DNA of 64,000 nt, taken from positions 3,111-67,110 of the forward strand of contig CBFGNV010000012.1 in assembly GCA_965650275.1 (NCBI GenBank). Direction: 5' to 3'. A program made the translations under genes and the position numbers. Positions 1-10,381 of the stretch are shown here, one piece after another; the stretch's first letter is position 1; each line of letters opens with the position of its first letter. Under the pieces are notes generated by a model. It saw nothing but the letters and a program-made list of their open reading frames with translations. It had not been told where the DNA came from and made no database searches. The stretch comes from an uncultured Fluviicola sp. GTDB lineage: Bacteria; Bacteroidota; Bacteroidia; Flavobacteriales_D; Crocinitomicaceae.

Positions 1-1673
1 GGTTTGATGATCTCTTGGTTTTCAACGTCAAGGAATACTTCACGTTCAATTTCATCGTATTCTTTGTTACAATCTGTAGAGAACGATTCTTTGTAGAATT
101 CTTTCTTACCATTGTCATAAGAGAAGACCATTTCATATTCTCTACATGGCTCAAGTGCACTAAAGAACACACCGTCACGCATACGAGGGAATACTTTACG
201 CTCCAATTTATCACCACAGTTGATACATTTCACATTGATTGAGATGTCTTCAGGTAACTTAGCACCGTGAAGTGTAGTGATCTTACCTTTCAATACAGCT
301 AAGTTCTTGTTGCGTAAGTAGTCGTTTTGAACTTCGTAAATGTCTTTTTCACCTTTACCACCTGTTCTCGACGATGTCAAATATCCTGTCAATCCGTCAA
401 CAGTTGTTGTGTAGAATAAATCATCAACAGTTGAATTCAATGGATAACCAAGATTAATTGGGTCAGACCATTCGTTGTTATCATCACGAACCGCAACGAA
501 TACATCGAATCCTCCCATTGAAGTTGGTCCGTTTGAAGAGAAATAAAGTGTTTTGTTATCGATTGCGATAAACGGAGAGTCTTCATCCATTGATGAATTG
601 ATCTTTGGACCCACGTTTTGCGGATCACTCCAGCTTCCGTCAGGTAATTTTACCACACGGTAAATATCACGACCTCCGTATCCACCTTTACGGTCAGAAA
701 CGAAATACATATTTTGTCCGTCAGGCGTAACCGTACAGTGTGTTTCCCAAGCGTCTGTGTTTACTTTCTTCGCTTCGTAATGTGTAACTCCCTGGAATTT
801 ATTTGTAGAGAAATCGGAGTAGAACAAGTCACCATTTCCTTTTGTATCCTGATACAAGTAGATTCTACGCTCATCAGAACTTACGGCAACAGTTGCTTCG
901 TTTTGATCAGGAACACAGAACTCCATTCGATAAGGCTCCATCCATTCACCGTCAAAATCCTTGAAAGACACGTAAACATCTTCCGTTGGCATGTTGTTTC
1001 TCGGATCGATCCATTCTTTACTTGCGTCATCATCCCACAAACGACGTGTTGTGTAATACAATGCAGTACCATCTAAAGAAACTACAGGTGAATACTCAGG
1101 ATTAGCTGAGTTAATCATGTAACCTACGTTTTTCAAGCTAACATTACGCGGGATATCAATTTCCTTACGAGCAACTGCACATTGTTGCAAGAATAATTTT
1201 GACAAGAAAATGTACTCAGAAGAGCTTTTCGACTCGTTTATGAAACGTGTATAGAAATTCTCTGCTTTGTTGATGTCCATTCCCATGTGGTAAACTTTCG
1301 CCATGAAATAAAGCGCATCAAGCGGCGCACTTTCTTCGTTTGGAGAAAAGGCATCCCAGTTTTTGTCTAGATCGGTAACTGCTTTTTCCAAATGAGGAAT
1401 TGCTGAACCAAAATCTTGCGACATTTCAAGGTAAATAAACCCACGACGATAATTGTAGTTAGCGCTGTTCGGTTTAATCGTTAAAAGTTTGTCACAGATT
1501 TTCGCGGCTTGGAAATAGAATCCTTCGGCCATTAATTCAGAACAGGTCTGAACCATTTTACCTTCATTACCTCCGTCAATCAGTTTTTTCAGATCATCAT
1601 CTGAATATTGACTAAAACTTAAAAATGGGGTGAAAATTAATAGTAGTAAAAGAATGGGTTTGAAATTCCTCAT
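1..1673 (-). CDS. Secreted TPR + PD40 (WD40-like) beta-propeller protein, PorE/OmpA-family-like; 3' end runs off the window
   Basis: Not in the ORF track. ATG at 1673 reads MRNFKPILLLLLIFTPFLSFSQ (signal peptide), then TPR-like helices (NYNYRRGFIYLE), then PD40 repeats (INSANPEYSPVVSLDG, TPDGQNMYFVSDRKGGYGGRDIY, NLGYPLNSTVDD). The frame is open as far as I read it towards base 1. Confidence 0.8.
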   Translation of the reverse strand, partial: MRNFKPILLLLLIFTPFLSFSQYSDDDLKKLIDGGNEGKMVQTCSELMAEGFYFQAAKICDKLLTIKPNSANYNYRRGFIYLEMSQDFGSAIPHLEKAVTDLDKNWDAFSPNEESAPLDALYFMAKVYHMGMDINKAENFYTRFINESKSSSEYIFLSKLFLQQCAVARKEIDIPRNVSLKNVGYMINSANPEYSPVVSLDGTALYYTTRRLWDDDASKEWIDPRNNMPTEDVYVSFKDFDGEWMEPYRMEFCVPDQNEATVAVSSDERRIYLYQDTKGNGDLFYSDFSTNKFQGVTHYEAKKVNTDAWETHCTVTPDGQNMYFVSDRKGGYGGRDIYRVVKLPDGSWSDPQNVGPKINSSMDEDSPFIAIDNKTLYFSSNGPTSMGGFDVFVAVRDDNNEWSDPINLGYPLNSTVDDLFYTTTVDGLTGYLTSSRTGGKGEKDIYEVQNDYLRNKNLAVLKGKITTLHGAKLPEDISINVKCINCGDKLERKVFPRMRDGVFFSALEPCREYEMVFSYDNGKKEFYKESFSTDCNKEYDEIEREVFLDVENQEIIK

Positions 1674-1754
1674 GGTTGTGTGTTTAGTTTCCAATAGTTT
1701 TCAAAAATAATCATTGCGTACGAATAGCCTCATACGCAATGATTTAAAAAAAGG

Positions 1755-3125
1755 TTACAGTTCTCGGTTTGGATCGAATTGCTCAAGGTAGTCAGCAACT
1801 CTTCTTACAAATTGTCCACCCAATGAACCATCAACTACGCGGTGGTCATAAGAGTGAGACAAGAACATTTTGTGACGGATCCCGATGAAATCTCCGTTCG
1901 GAGTTTCAATAACAGCTGGCATTTTACGAATTGCTCCTAAAGCAAGGATAGCAACTTGTGGCTGGTTAATGATAGGAGTACCCATCACGTTACCAAATGT
2001 ACCAACGTTTGTAACTGTATAAGTTCCACCCTGGATATCTTCCGGCTTCAACTTGTTGTCACGAGCATTACGTGCCAATTCATTCACCGCCTTAGCGATT
2101 CCTGTCAAGTTCATTCTGTCTGCATTCTTGATAACAGGAACAATAAGATTTCCTGAAGGAAGTGCAGTGGCCATTCCAAGATTAATATCTTTTCTCTTAA
2201 TGATTGTAGTTCCTGAAACAGAAACATTGATCATAGGGAAATCTTTAATTGCTTTAACAATTGCTTCCATGAAGATAGGAGTGAACGTCAGGTTTTCACC
2301 TTCGCGTTTTTGGAACTCATTCTTCATTTTGTTTCTCCAGTTCACGATTGTTGTCACATCAGCTTCTACATAAGAAGTAACGTGTGGTGAAACGTGAGTT
2401 GACATTACCATGTGGTCTGCGATCAACTTACGCATACGGTCCATCTCGATAATTTCATCACCTGGATTCGGAACTACAATTGGTTCTTTGATGTTTGAAA
2501 GGAATCCTCCACCCATTGGCGCTGCCTGAGCAGGTGCCGGTGTAACAACTCCATTCGTGGAAGGTGCCGGAGTACTTACTTGAGGAGCAGGTGACTGAGC
2601 GGGAGTCGAAGTCCCGGAAGTCCTGTTTTCAAGGTAAGTGATAATATCTTTTTTGGTAACTCTTCCACCAGTTCCAGTTCCTGAAATGTTTTCCAATTCG
2701 TTGTGTGCAACGCCCTCTTTTTGAGCGATACTACGAACAAGTGGTGAGTAGAATTTACCGTTTTCGTTTGATTTTGGCAAAGCATCAGCGCTTACAATTT
2801 CTTTAGCCGCTTCAACCGTTTTTTCAACTGCAGCAACAGGAGATTGAGCGGCAGAAGGTGTAGATGCAGTTGGTGCAGCATCTCCGTCAGTAGAGATAAT
2901 TGCAATTACATCTCCAACTTGAGCAACCTGGTCTTTTTCGAAAAGTCTTTGGATCAAAACTCCTTCAGCTTCTGAAGGCAATTCATTATCAACTTTATCT
3001 GTAGCTACTTCTACTAAAGGTTCGTCTAATGCAACAGTGTCACCAACATTCTTCAACCAGTTTGTAATGGTTGCTTCTGTAACACTTTCTCCCATTTTAG
3101 GTAGACGAATTTCTATTTGCGCCAT
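1755..3125 (-). CDS. 2-oxoacid dehydrogenase E2 (dihydrolipoamide acyltransferase)
   Basis: Lipoyl domain (EVATDKVDNE), E3-binding domain (SPLVRSIA...GTGGRVTKKDI), catalytic SYDHRVVDG motif. Substrate class not assigned. Confidence 0.95.
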   Translation of the reverse strand: MAQIEIRLPKMGESVTEATITNWLKNVGDTVALDEPLVEVATDKVDNELPSEAEGVLIQRLFEKDQVAQVGDVIAIISTDGDAAPTASTPSAAQSPVAAVEKTVEAAKEIVSADALPKSNENGKFYSPLVRSIAQKEGVAHNELENISGTGTGGRVTKKDIITYLENRTSGTSTPAQSPAPQVSTPAPSTNGVVTPAPAQAAPMGGGFLSNIKEPIVVPNPGDEIIEMDRMRKLIADHMVMSTHVSPHVTSYVEADVTTIVNWRNKMKNEFQKREGENLTFTPIFMEAIVKAIKDFPMINVSVSGTTIIKRKDINLGMATALPSGNLIVPVIKNADRMNLTGIAKAVNELARNARDNKLKPEDIQGGTYTVTNVGTFGNVMGTPIINQPQVAILALGAIRKMPAVIETPNGDFIGIRHKMFLSHSYDHRVVDGSLGGQFVRRVADYLEQFDPNREL

Positions 3126-3153
3126 AATTATTGAATCTCAATTAAAATTGGCA

Positions 3154-3161
3154 CAAAAATA
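3154..3161 (-). promoter_or_regulatory. Bacteroidetes sigma70 -7 element TATTTTTG upstream of the E2 gene
   Basis: Matches TAnnTTTG, about 30 nt upstream of the ATG. Confidence 0.55.
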
Positions 3162-3268
3162 AAGGAAAAAAAATATAAATAAGCTAGTAATGTGACATCT
3201 ACCTAATAAATCCATTTAGTTTTTAGAAAACTACAGGAATAAAGAGTGTTTTTCCAAGTGATAGTCTA

Positions 3269-5224
3269 TTATTGCGGTCGACGATCTAACTTTTTCCAGT
3301 TGCGCAGAATCAGCTGTAGGTCAAGTAGTAAATGATATTCACGGGCATAGAGCAAGTTCATTTTAATGATCATTGCATCTTCAGTCACCAAATCTTCATT
3401 ATACGGAACCAGAATTCCCTTTTTTAAACGCGGGAGATCCAACTCGTTCATCACTGTTTTTCCATAACTCACGCATGTGATCTTTGAAAAGAGAATGCCA
3501 ATTGCATTCCGAAATAATTGCTTCTTATGTTTGAAGAACCAACATAGAATAGGGAAGGTTACGAGTAGAATTATTCCTGTAAGAACATCTAAAAAACGTT
3601 TGTGACGCTGCTTGATTGGTTCGCTCAAAGCGTTTATATCAAGAATATACAGATCACCAGCTGTTTCAATGGAATTTGAACCTATCAGAAAAGAACTGTC
3701 GGGCTGGGCAATTTTGAAATCTACATTGGGCTTGTCAACGGCAATGATCCAATGGATAATGTCTTTTGCTGTGGTATCTTTTGCACAGAAAATCACTTCG
3801 TCTATCTCATGAATTTGAACTACCTGCCCCAATTTATCCATAGTCAAATCTTCGTTCTGAACATTTTCATTGGGTGATACATGGATAATCTTCTCAATTT
3901 TTGGCTGAGTTATTTTCACCAGTTCCGAGACACGTTTGAATTCTTCTTCTGACCCGATAACGGCAAAGTTGCTGTTTTTTCTACCGTTCAGAATAAAGCG
4001 TTTTCCAATGGTAAAGTGCAGGAAAATTCGAGACAAAAGGAAATAGACAATTGCCCATGCTGCTCCTGTGAAAATGAATAAACGGGAGAATTGCCAATCC
4101 TTTGGAAGCAAGGCGTAAACCATTAAAATCAAGGCGGTTCCAATGGCAACTCCCATCACTGAGCGTTTTAATTTCGCTGGAAAATCATAAACTCCCTGAA
4201 ATAATGACGATAAAAACCAAATGGCGGTATATCCGAAAATTAAGTAGTGGGTGACTTTTTCAGGAAAGAAAATCTCGGCTCGTTTCCAGTAAGTGGTTAA
4301 AGCCAGCATTCCGAAATAGATGTAAGTAAAATCTATTACCGGAAGTGTGATCTTCTTGAAAAAACGATTCAATAATGCCAGTCCTGCTCTGAAATAAATA
4401 GCTGCATTAATGCATAGTGAGAAGAGCTTTGCGTTGTTCTGACTAAAGTGTTTCTGTGCAAAAATGACCATTGCACGGTAGAATACGAAAACGTAGTTTA
4501 CACTGCTTTTCTTGGTGCTTTCACCTTTGTAATGGATGATCCTTGTCTCTGGGAAATAAACGTTTTTGTAGCCGCCAAGAATAATTCGGTATGAAAGATC
4601 AATGTCTTCACCGTACATGAAAAACGTTTCGTCCAACAACCCAACTTTATCCAAAGCCTCTTTACGCATTAGCATAAAAGCACCACTCAGGATCTCAATT
4701 TCGTTGGTTTCGAATTCGCTTAGATTTCCCATGTGGTAACGGGCAAATCGTTTCGATTTCGGGAAAATCTTCGACAATCCGAAAATCTTGTAAAAAGCAA
4801 CAGCCGGAGTAGGTAAACCGCGTTTAGATTCTGGTAAGAAAACTCCTTTACCGTCAACCATTCTAACTCCCAATCCACCAACTTCAGGATGTTCTTCCAT
4901 GTAATCGACTACTTTTTTCAAAGTGTCTTCTTCAATTACCGTATCTGGATTGAGTAACAACTGATATTTGCAGTTGGATTGCAGCATTGCCTGATTATTG
5001 GCTTTAGAGAATCCGACGTTGTCTTTATTGGCGATGAGTTTTACCCATGGGAATTTCTCTTTCACCATTTGTACTGATCCGTCAACACTTTGATTATCGA
5101 CTACCCAAACCTCTGCAGGTTCCAAAGTCATGGCTCTGGCAACGGAATTAATGCACTGCTCTAAAAAGAACACCACATTGTAATTCACGATTATCACTGC
5201 AATTTTTGGTTCCTGAGTATTCAA
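3269..5224 (-). CDS. GT2 glycosyltransferase fused to a TM region and a CoA-binding/sugar-transferase-like C-terminus
   Basis: IIVNYN, VVDNQSVDGS, LLLNPDT, FFMYGEDIDLS motifs; several TM helices; C-terminal KRFLDVL...LDLQLILR resembling a Bac_transf remnant. Confidence 0.85.
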   Translation of the reverse strand: MNTQEPKIAVIIVNYNVVFFLEQCINSVARAMTLEPAEVWVVDNQSVDGSVQMVKEKFPWVKLIANKDNVGFSKANNQAMLQSNCKYQLLLNPDTVIEEDTLKKVVDYMEEHPEVGGLGVRMVDGKGVFLPESKRGLPTPAVAFYKIFGLSKIFPKSKRFARYHMGNLSEFETNEIEILSGAFMLMRKEALDKVGLLDETFFMYGEDIDLSYRIILGGYKNVYFPETRIIHYKGESTKKSSVNYVFVFYRAMVIFAQKHFSQNNAKLFSLCINAAIYFRAGLALLNRFFKKITLPVIDFTYIYFGMLALTTYWKRAEIFFPEKVTHYLIFGYTAIWFLSSLFQGVYDFPAKLKRSVMGVAIGTALILMVYALLPKDWQFSRLFIFTGAAWAIVYFLLSRIFLHFTIGKRFILNGRKNSNFAVIGSEEEFKRVSELVKITQPKIEKIIHVSPNENVQNEDLTMDKLGQVVQIHEIDEVIFCAKDTTAKDIIHWIIAVDKPNVDFKIAQPDSSFLIGSNSIETAGDLYILDINALSEPIKQRHKRFLDVLTGIILLVTFPILCWFFKHKKQLFRNAIGILFSKITCVSYGKTVMNELDLPRLKKGILVPYNEDLVTEDAMIIKMNLLYAREYHLLLDLQLILRNWKKLDRRPQ

Positions 5225-5340
5225 GGTTTGTTTTCTACAATTGGTTTAACGCAAACTTTCGAGGTTTAGCATAATCCGAGTAAAAACTCTTTGGGATTAT
5301 GTAATTTCGTAGTTGCATGCAAGTTTAAGCATTTACAGCG

Positions 5341-5913
5341 GTGAAAATAATACTCATAGATAATTTCGATTCGTTTTCTTACAATCTTGTTCATTATTTT
5401 GAGCAGTTGGATGCTGAAATTACGGTGGTGAATAATCTGGAAATAGATCCGGAAATGCTTCTGGATTATGACGCTTGTGTGTTGTCGCCCGGACCAGGTT
5501 TACCAAAAGAAGCTGGTAGATTAATGGAGGTGGTTGAGTTTGCTGTCAAGAATAAAATTCGAATGCTGGGTGTTTGTTTGGGAATGCAGGCTATTGCTGA
5601 ATATTTCGGAGATGAATTATACAATCAGAAGGTAGTGAAACATGGAACTACAGCTCTTCTTCGGACCCAAAATAATTCGATTATTTATCAAAATTTACCT
5701 GAACAATTTAAGGTTGGACTTTATCATTCCTGGGCAGTGCAATTGAAAACGGATTCTCCTTTGATTCCAACAGCTGTTTCTAGTGATGGAGTATTGATGT
5801 CTTTGGAGCATAAAGAACTGCCTGTTTACGCTGTTCAGTATCATCCGGAGAGTATTTTGTCGGAGCACGGGTTGGGGGTTCTTGCTAATTTTTTGAAACA
5901 CATAGTCACATAG
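5341..5913 (+). CDS. Glutamine amidotransferase, anthranilate/aminodeoxychorismate synthase component II (TrpG/PabA)
   Basis: IDNFDSFSYNL, LSPGPGLP, GVCLGMQ, YHS and QYHPES motifs. Confidence 0.92.
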   Translation: MKIILIDNFDSFSYNLVHYFEQLDAEITVVNNLEIDPEMLLDYDACVLSPGPGLPKEAGRLMEVVEFAVKNKIRMLGVCLGMQAIAEYFGDELYNQKVVKHGTTALLRTQNNSIIYQNLPEQFKVGLYHSWAVQLKTDSPLIPTAVSSDGVLMSLEHKELPVYAVQYHPESILSEHGLGVLANFLKHIVT

Positions 5914-5970
5914 AAAAAAAATAGACACAGTAGCTTAATATGCTATATTTCAAACCTAAAAAGAGATGTC

Positions 5971-6180
5971 ATGAAAAAGGAATACTGGGACGTAAATGAC
6001 GAGCAGGTTATTGAGAAAACGGGAAAGAAAATTGAGGAATGGATTGCTATCCTTGACGAATTTAAAGCGGCTGAACAGAAATCAAATGATGTTGTTGCGC
6101 ATCTTCAAAATACGTATAATGTCCCTCGTTACTGGGCAAGAACATTGACGACTCTTTACCTGAAACAAAACGAAAAATAA
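5971..6180 (+). CDS. Small DUF4287-like protein
   Basis: 69 aa; EKTGKKIEEW...VAHL...YWARTL pattern. Confidence 0.6.
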   Translation: MKKEYWDVNDEQVIEKTGKKIEEWIAILDEFKAAEQKSNDVVAHLQNTYNVPRYWARTLTTLYLKQNEK

Positions 6181-6239
6181 ATCTCCCGCGAAGAGCGCAA
6201 AGTACGCAAAAACAATTTAATTGAATTGAATATCTCAAC

Positions 6240-6722
6240 ATGATTGACGACCTACAAATTATTTATCCGGGAATGCATCCTTTGCCAGGGGCAATGCTTA
6301 TGATGGTCCTCGCCTTTTTCGGACTCTTAGCAATAATAAGCTTGGTTATTACTTTTAGGTTATTCAAAACAGCAAAACGAAAATACACTCCCTATCTATT
6401 TCTTGTTCCATCCATTTTAATCATTGTATTTATTGTATACAACTGGATTGGTTACAATTCCATTTTCAACAAATATGAAAGACAACTGATAGGCACTTTC
6501 TACTGTTCTGAATCCAAAGAAAAAATTTGGATAAATTCAGATAAAACATGGATTTTAAAAGATCAAAATCAAATTAAACAATGTTCAGGAACCTGGGAAT
6601 TCATTGCTTCGGAAGACTGGTTTTATTGGAATATTAGCGAAAACAATATTATTCGTATTCAAACCGGGGATCCAAAGATCTTACGCTTTCGTTCTGGATT
6701 GGAATTTATTAGAAAAGACTAA
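6240..6722 (+). CDS. Hypothetical membrane protein (2 TM + soluble domain)
   Basis: 160 aa ORF with two hydrophobic segments. Confidence 0.6.
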   Translation: MIDDLQIIYPGMHPLPGAMLMMVLAFFGLLAIISLVITFRLFKTAKRKYTPYLFLVPSILIIVFIVYNWIGYNSIFNKYERQLIGTFYCSESKEKIWINSDKTWILKDQNQIKQCSGTWEFIASEDWFYWNISENNIIRIQTGDPKILRFRSGLEFIRKD

Positions 6723-6830
6723 TTTGAGTAAAATTAAAGTTGACGCAGCATCCGTAAAACTATGATCACTATGTTCCTACTATGTGACTATGTGTTTAAA
6801 CTATCCCGAAGTGTCGGGAAAAGTTGTTTC

Positions 6831-7337
6831 CTATGCGTTTTTCAATACCTTTTCGTAAGCTCTCCTCGCTGAACCCCTAAAGAACACTTCTCCACAATAT
6901 GTATATTCTAATCTGTCGAGAATCTTAAGCATGGGAACATTGTCATAATTCGTATCGACCTTAATACTAAAAACATTATTCTCAATCGCTACATCTTCAA
7001 TCATTCGGAAAAGCTCAGTTGCAATTCCTTTTCCTTTGACAGCGTTAGATGTTGCTACACGATGAATAACTACGTAATCACCATTGGTCAACCATGTACC
7101 CTGAATATCTGTGTAAGCTGGTTCAACTTCGAAAATAATTGCTGCGTAAGCAATGATGGTTTCATTCTCGATCAATACATAACCAAAACCATGGTTGATG
7201 TCGTTTTCGACAGTGTCGGGATTTGGATAACCGTCTTGCCATTGCTGACTCCCATCTTGTCGTCGTTGTTCGATAGCTTGTTGAAGTATTTCCCAAATTG
7301 CCGGGATTTCGGATAGATTTGCTTTGCGGAGGATCAT
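6831..7337 (-). CDS. GNAT family N-acetyltransferase
   Basis: IHRVATSNAVKGKGIA acetyl-CoA motif and KVDTNYDNVPM. Confidence 0.9.
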   Translation of the reverse strand: MILRKANLSEIPAIWEILQQAIEQRRQDGSQQWQDGYPNPDTVENDINHGFGYVLIENETIIAYAAIIFEVEPAYTDIQGTWLTNGDYVVIHRVATSNAVKGKGIATELFRMIEDVAIENNVFSIKVDTNYDNVPMLKILDRLEYTYCGEVFFRGSARRAYEKVLKNA

Positions 7338-7541
7338 TGGTATTGAAAATTCAAACGAAGATAAAGCGATTTTTTTGAACCGCTAAGAAAGAAGAACGCA
7401 AAGACTATGTCTCTTTGCTCACTTTGTTTCTTTGCGTTTTATTATTTCGAATTTATGAATTAAATAAGTGTTAACCCGATTTGCTAAGATGAACCATTCG
7501 TTGAGATTTCTGTAATTTCCAGTGATTAATGAAACTGCTCC

Positions 7542-8846
7542 ATGAAGTACTTGACTTTTCTTTGTTTTCTCATCCCAGTTTTATGTTTGTCGCAGAATGC
7601 CGCAGCTATTAAATTGATTAAGGGAAGACAACATGTAGCGAACCATTCACAGAAGGAATATCAATTTGTGATTGAAGGTAACAAATCGCACGGGCATGTT
7701 CCACTCGTTGTAAACGATATTTTTTCCTGGGACACGCTTTCAAAAAAGCAACTCGGAAAAGAGTATATTCTTTCCTTTAAGAACGAATCGAAGTTCCCGC
7801 TTTATGTATTGGATATTTCTGCGCAAAGCCAAAATTTTGATGTGAAAAACATCGGGAAAGCGATGATTCTACCCGATTCAATGGTTCGATTAAGTTTTCG
7901 ATGTGATACAGCAGGATTCGGAGATTTTTACGGAAATATTGCGATTTACTACAACAGAAATAATGCAAATGAATACTACGATATGTGGATGTATGGTTTT
8001 CAACCGTATAAGAATAAAGGTGTTACTCAATTGAACACAGCACTTCGCAGATTAGAGACAAAGAAGCTTATCGTACTCGACGATAAATTGACATCAACGA
8101 ATAAATGCAAAATCAAGGTTATAGAAAAGGACACGTCTTATTATCCAAAGCTGATCCAGGAGAATGGTGAATGGGGTTGTGTTTTGAACCTGAGAAACGA
8201 TTCGTATACTGCCGTTGAAATCATAGATGAGACTGGAAAAGTAAAGGGAAAAGGCTTTTTGGAAAATGATTTTATGAAGCACAATATCTTTCTGCACCTC
8301 CGTCCTGAACCTCCTAAAATACACACTTATAATCGTGGACCAGTAGCTTATAAAGCACTTGATTCTCTCTATTTTGTAAGTTGGACTGGTGATTTTAAGC
8401 AAGACGAAGTGATTACCTATTTGAAGTCGAAAGGAATAGATGCCAGAAATAGTTCATTAGTTAGTTTCGTAATGAAGGATAAAGCTAAAGTGCTTGCCTT
8501 ACAGAAAGAATTGACGTTGTCGAAGTACAAGATTGCTATTCTTCCGGCGATATCTTATTCAGAAGTGAACGAATTTGGTTGGGGCGGAGCATGTCGGTTT
8601 TATACTAATAACTTTGAAATTTCCTTCTTCAACCATGTTTCCAACGAGCGAATCGAACAGATCTTTAAACAACATGGAATTACGAATTATTATGTGCGGG
8701 AAGAAACCAACCAGGAAAAAAAATACACTTTCATACTTCCAGTAATTGTTGACCTGAAATACATGACTCTGCTTGATAAGCTGTGGCAGCTATCAGAAGT
8801 AACATCTATCGAACAGGAAGATCGTGGGATTGATGGCATTGATTAA
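7542..8846 (+). CDS. Secreted hypothetical protein with a probable N-terminal Ig-like (DUF1573-like) domain
   Basis: Signal peptide; FKNESKFPLYV...ILPDS...FRCDT Ig-like pattern. Confidence 0.6.
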   Translation: MKYLTFLCFLIPVLCLSQNAAAIKLIKGRQHVANHSQKEYQFVIEGNKSHGHVPLVVNDIFSWDTLSKKQLGKEYILSFKNESKFPLYVLDISAQSQNFDVKNIGKAMILPDSMVRLSFRCDTAGFGDFYGNIAIYYNRNNANEYYDMWMYGFQPYKNKGVTQLNTALRRLETKKLIVLDDKLTSTNKCKIKVIEKDTSYYPKLIQENGEWGCVLNLRNDSYTAVEIIDETGKVKGKGFLENDFMKHNIFLHLRPEPPKIHTYNRGPVAYKALDSLYFVSWTGDFKQDEVITYLKSKGIDARNSSLVSFVMKDKAKVLALQKELTLSKYKIAILPAISYSEVNEFGWGGACRFYTNNFEISFFNHVSNERIEQIFKQHGITNYYVREETNQEKKYTFILPVIVDLKYMTLLDKLWQLSEVTSIEQEDRGIDGID

Positions 8847-8858
8847 CCTTCTCAAAAG

Positions 8859-10274
8859 CTATTCCTGATAATAAGCATCCCAAAGTTTGTTTCGAAACTT
8901 GTTTGTTGGATCAACGCGCTTTTTGAGTTCGAAGAAAGCATTGGATTCCGGATAGGCATTTGCAAATTGTTCAGTTGTAGCGTGAATTTGATAGGGCAGG
9001 TAGTAACTTCCATTGCATGAGATCGACGCATCAATTAACAATTGTGTCCACGCTTTTACCTTGTCTTTATCCTTTTGTTTTGTTCCTTGTTTGTAATAGA
9101 TCACAAAGGCAAAAACGTCTTCTCTCGCCCAGGCCAAAAGTGATCCCGGATCTTTCTTCGCATGTCGAATGGAAATATTGATCGCATTCACCTTATTTTC
9201 TCTCAGAATTGACCTTAAAAGTGGATAGAACTTATCGAACTCCTGAACCGGAACAAAATATTCCTGCAAAACATAGGTTGAACGCTTTCTTGATTTCGGT
9301 TCCAGTTCAAGCACGGTGTAACTGGCTTCGTAATTTCGCCATTCTACTGGATTTTTACTATAAACAATCGGGTCGAACAAATGCTGTCGAAGCCATTTCC
9401 CACCCGGATATTCCGAGATCAATTTAAAAGCAAAACGATTGAAGCCATAGGTTTTATCTTCCGGAACCAGTCGGTGTTCTACGGTCACCTCTTTATCGGT
9501 TTCACGAAAGGAAACTTCTCTTACTTTTTTATAGCGTTTTGGATAAATATCCGCATTGTGAAACACAACTGTAGAATCGTTTTGAACATGTTCCATGAAG
9601 TAATCTTTGTATTCCGAAATAGGAAGCTTTTTATCGGTTCGTTCCATTTTTACATTGTCGGAAAGCAGTAATGTAGCTTCTGTAATTACGCCTAATCCGC
9701 CGTAACCACCAATTGCACCAAAGAACAATTCGCTGTTTTTGGTTGGACTAGCGGTGATCAATTCTCCATTGGCAAGCACCAGTTTAATTTCCTGAACAGA
9801 AAGAATGATCGGACCTTCACCAATGTATCTGCCATGAACATTTACGCTCAAAGAACCGCCAACAGTGAAGTTTGCATAAGACTGCATAATCTTCACCGAA
9901 AGATTGTATGGATCAATAAATTCTTGAATTTTTCGCCAGGTGATGCCTGTTTGAACCGTAATGGTTTTTTCTTCAGCCGAAAAATGAACAATACTGTCAA
10001 AGCTCCGCATATCAATCTGAAGCGCTTGTTCGGTAGCGGTTTGACCGCCCATGCTGTATCGCCCGCCACCAATGGAAATTGGACCTTTGTGATTTTTCAC
10101 CGCGTTCACAATCTCACTGGTAGATTTTGGTGCAAGTATAGCGTTAACAACAATTGGATTCAGCTGCGTAATATCGTTGACAATCTTTGTCGTGTCCTGA
10201 CCATACAATGCACCATGTAATTGTGCAGTTGCAAGTAAACATAGGATGGAAAAACGATAAAACAGTTTAGGCAT
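8859..10274 (-). CDS. Secreted FAD-binding oxidoreductase (FAD_binding_4 / ALO-like)
   Basis: GGGRYSMGGQ, TVGGSLSVNVHG, GGYGGLGVI, VDPTNKFRN motifs. ATG 10274 preferred to the track's 10343 because a signal peptide follows it. Confidence 0.85.
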   Translation of the reverse strand: MPKLFYRFSILCLLATAQLHGALYGQDTTKIVNDITQLNPIVVNAILAPKSTSEIVNAVKNHKGPISIGGGRYSMGGQTATEQALQIDMRSFDSIVHFSAEEKTITVQTGITWRKIQEFIDPYNLSVKIMQSYANFTVGGSLSVNVHGRYIGEGPIILSVQEIKLVLANGELITASPTKNSELFFGAIGGYGGLGVITEATLLLSDNVKMERTDKKLPISEYKDYFMEHVQNDSTVVFHNADIYPKRYKKVREVSFRETDKEVTVEHRLVPEDKTYGFNRFAFKLISEYPGGKWLRQHLFDPIVYSKNPVEWRNYEASYTVLELEPKSRKRSTYVLQEYFVPVQEFDKFYPLLRSILRENKVNAINISIRHAKKDPGSLLAWAREDVFAFVIYYKQGTKQKDKDKVKAWTQLLIDASISCNGSYYLPYQIHATTEQFANAYPESNAFFELKKRVDPTNKFRNKLWDAYYQE

Positions 10275-10381
10275 GTTTATGTGTGGTAATGAAGAAGGGT
10301 AAAAGTAGGATAATTTTCTTTTTTCGAATTCAACACAAGTCACAAGAGGTTTTAAGGCTTGAAGATTTGGATTGAGTGTTT

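Noticed and set aside
15-1076. Short ORFs 15-242, 437-628, 714-1076 and 881-1072
   Set aside because: They overlap the long minus-strand TPR/PD40 gene and have no protein-like motifs.
3269-5224. GT2 fused to a truncated sugar-transferase domain as a possible frameshifted pseudogene
   Set aside because: The ORF is continuous, and this fusion is an architecture I recognise as common in Bacteroidota.
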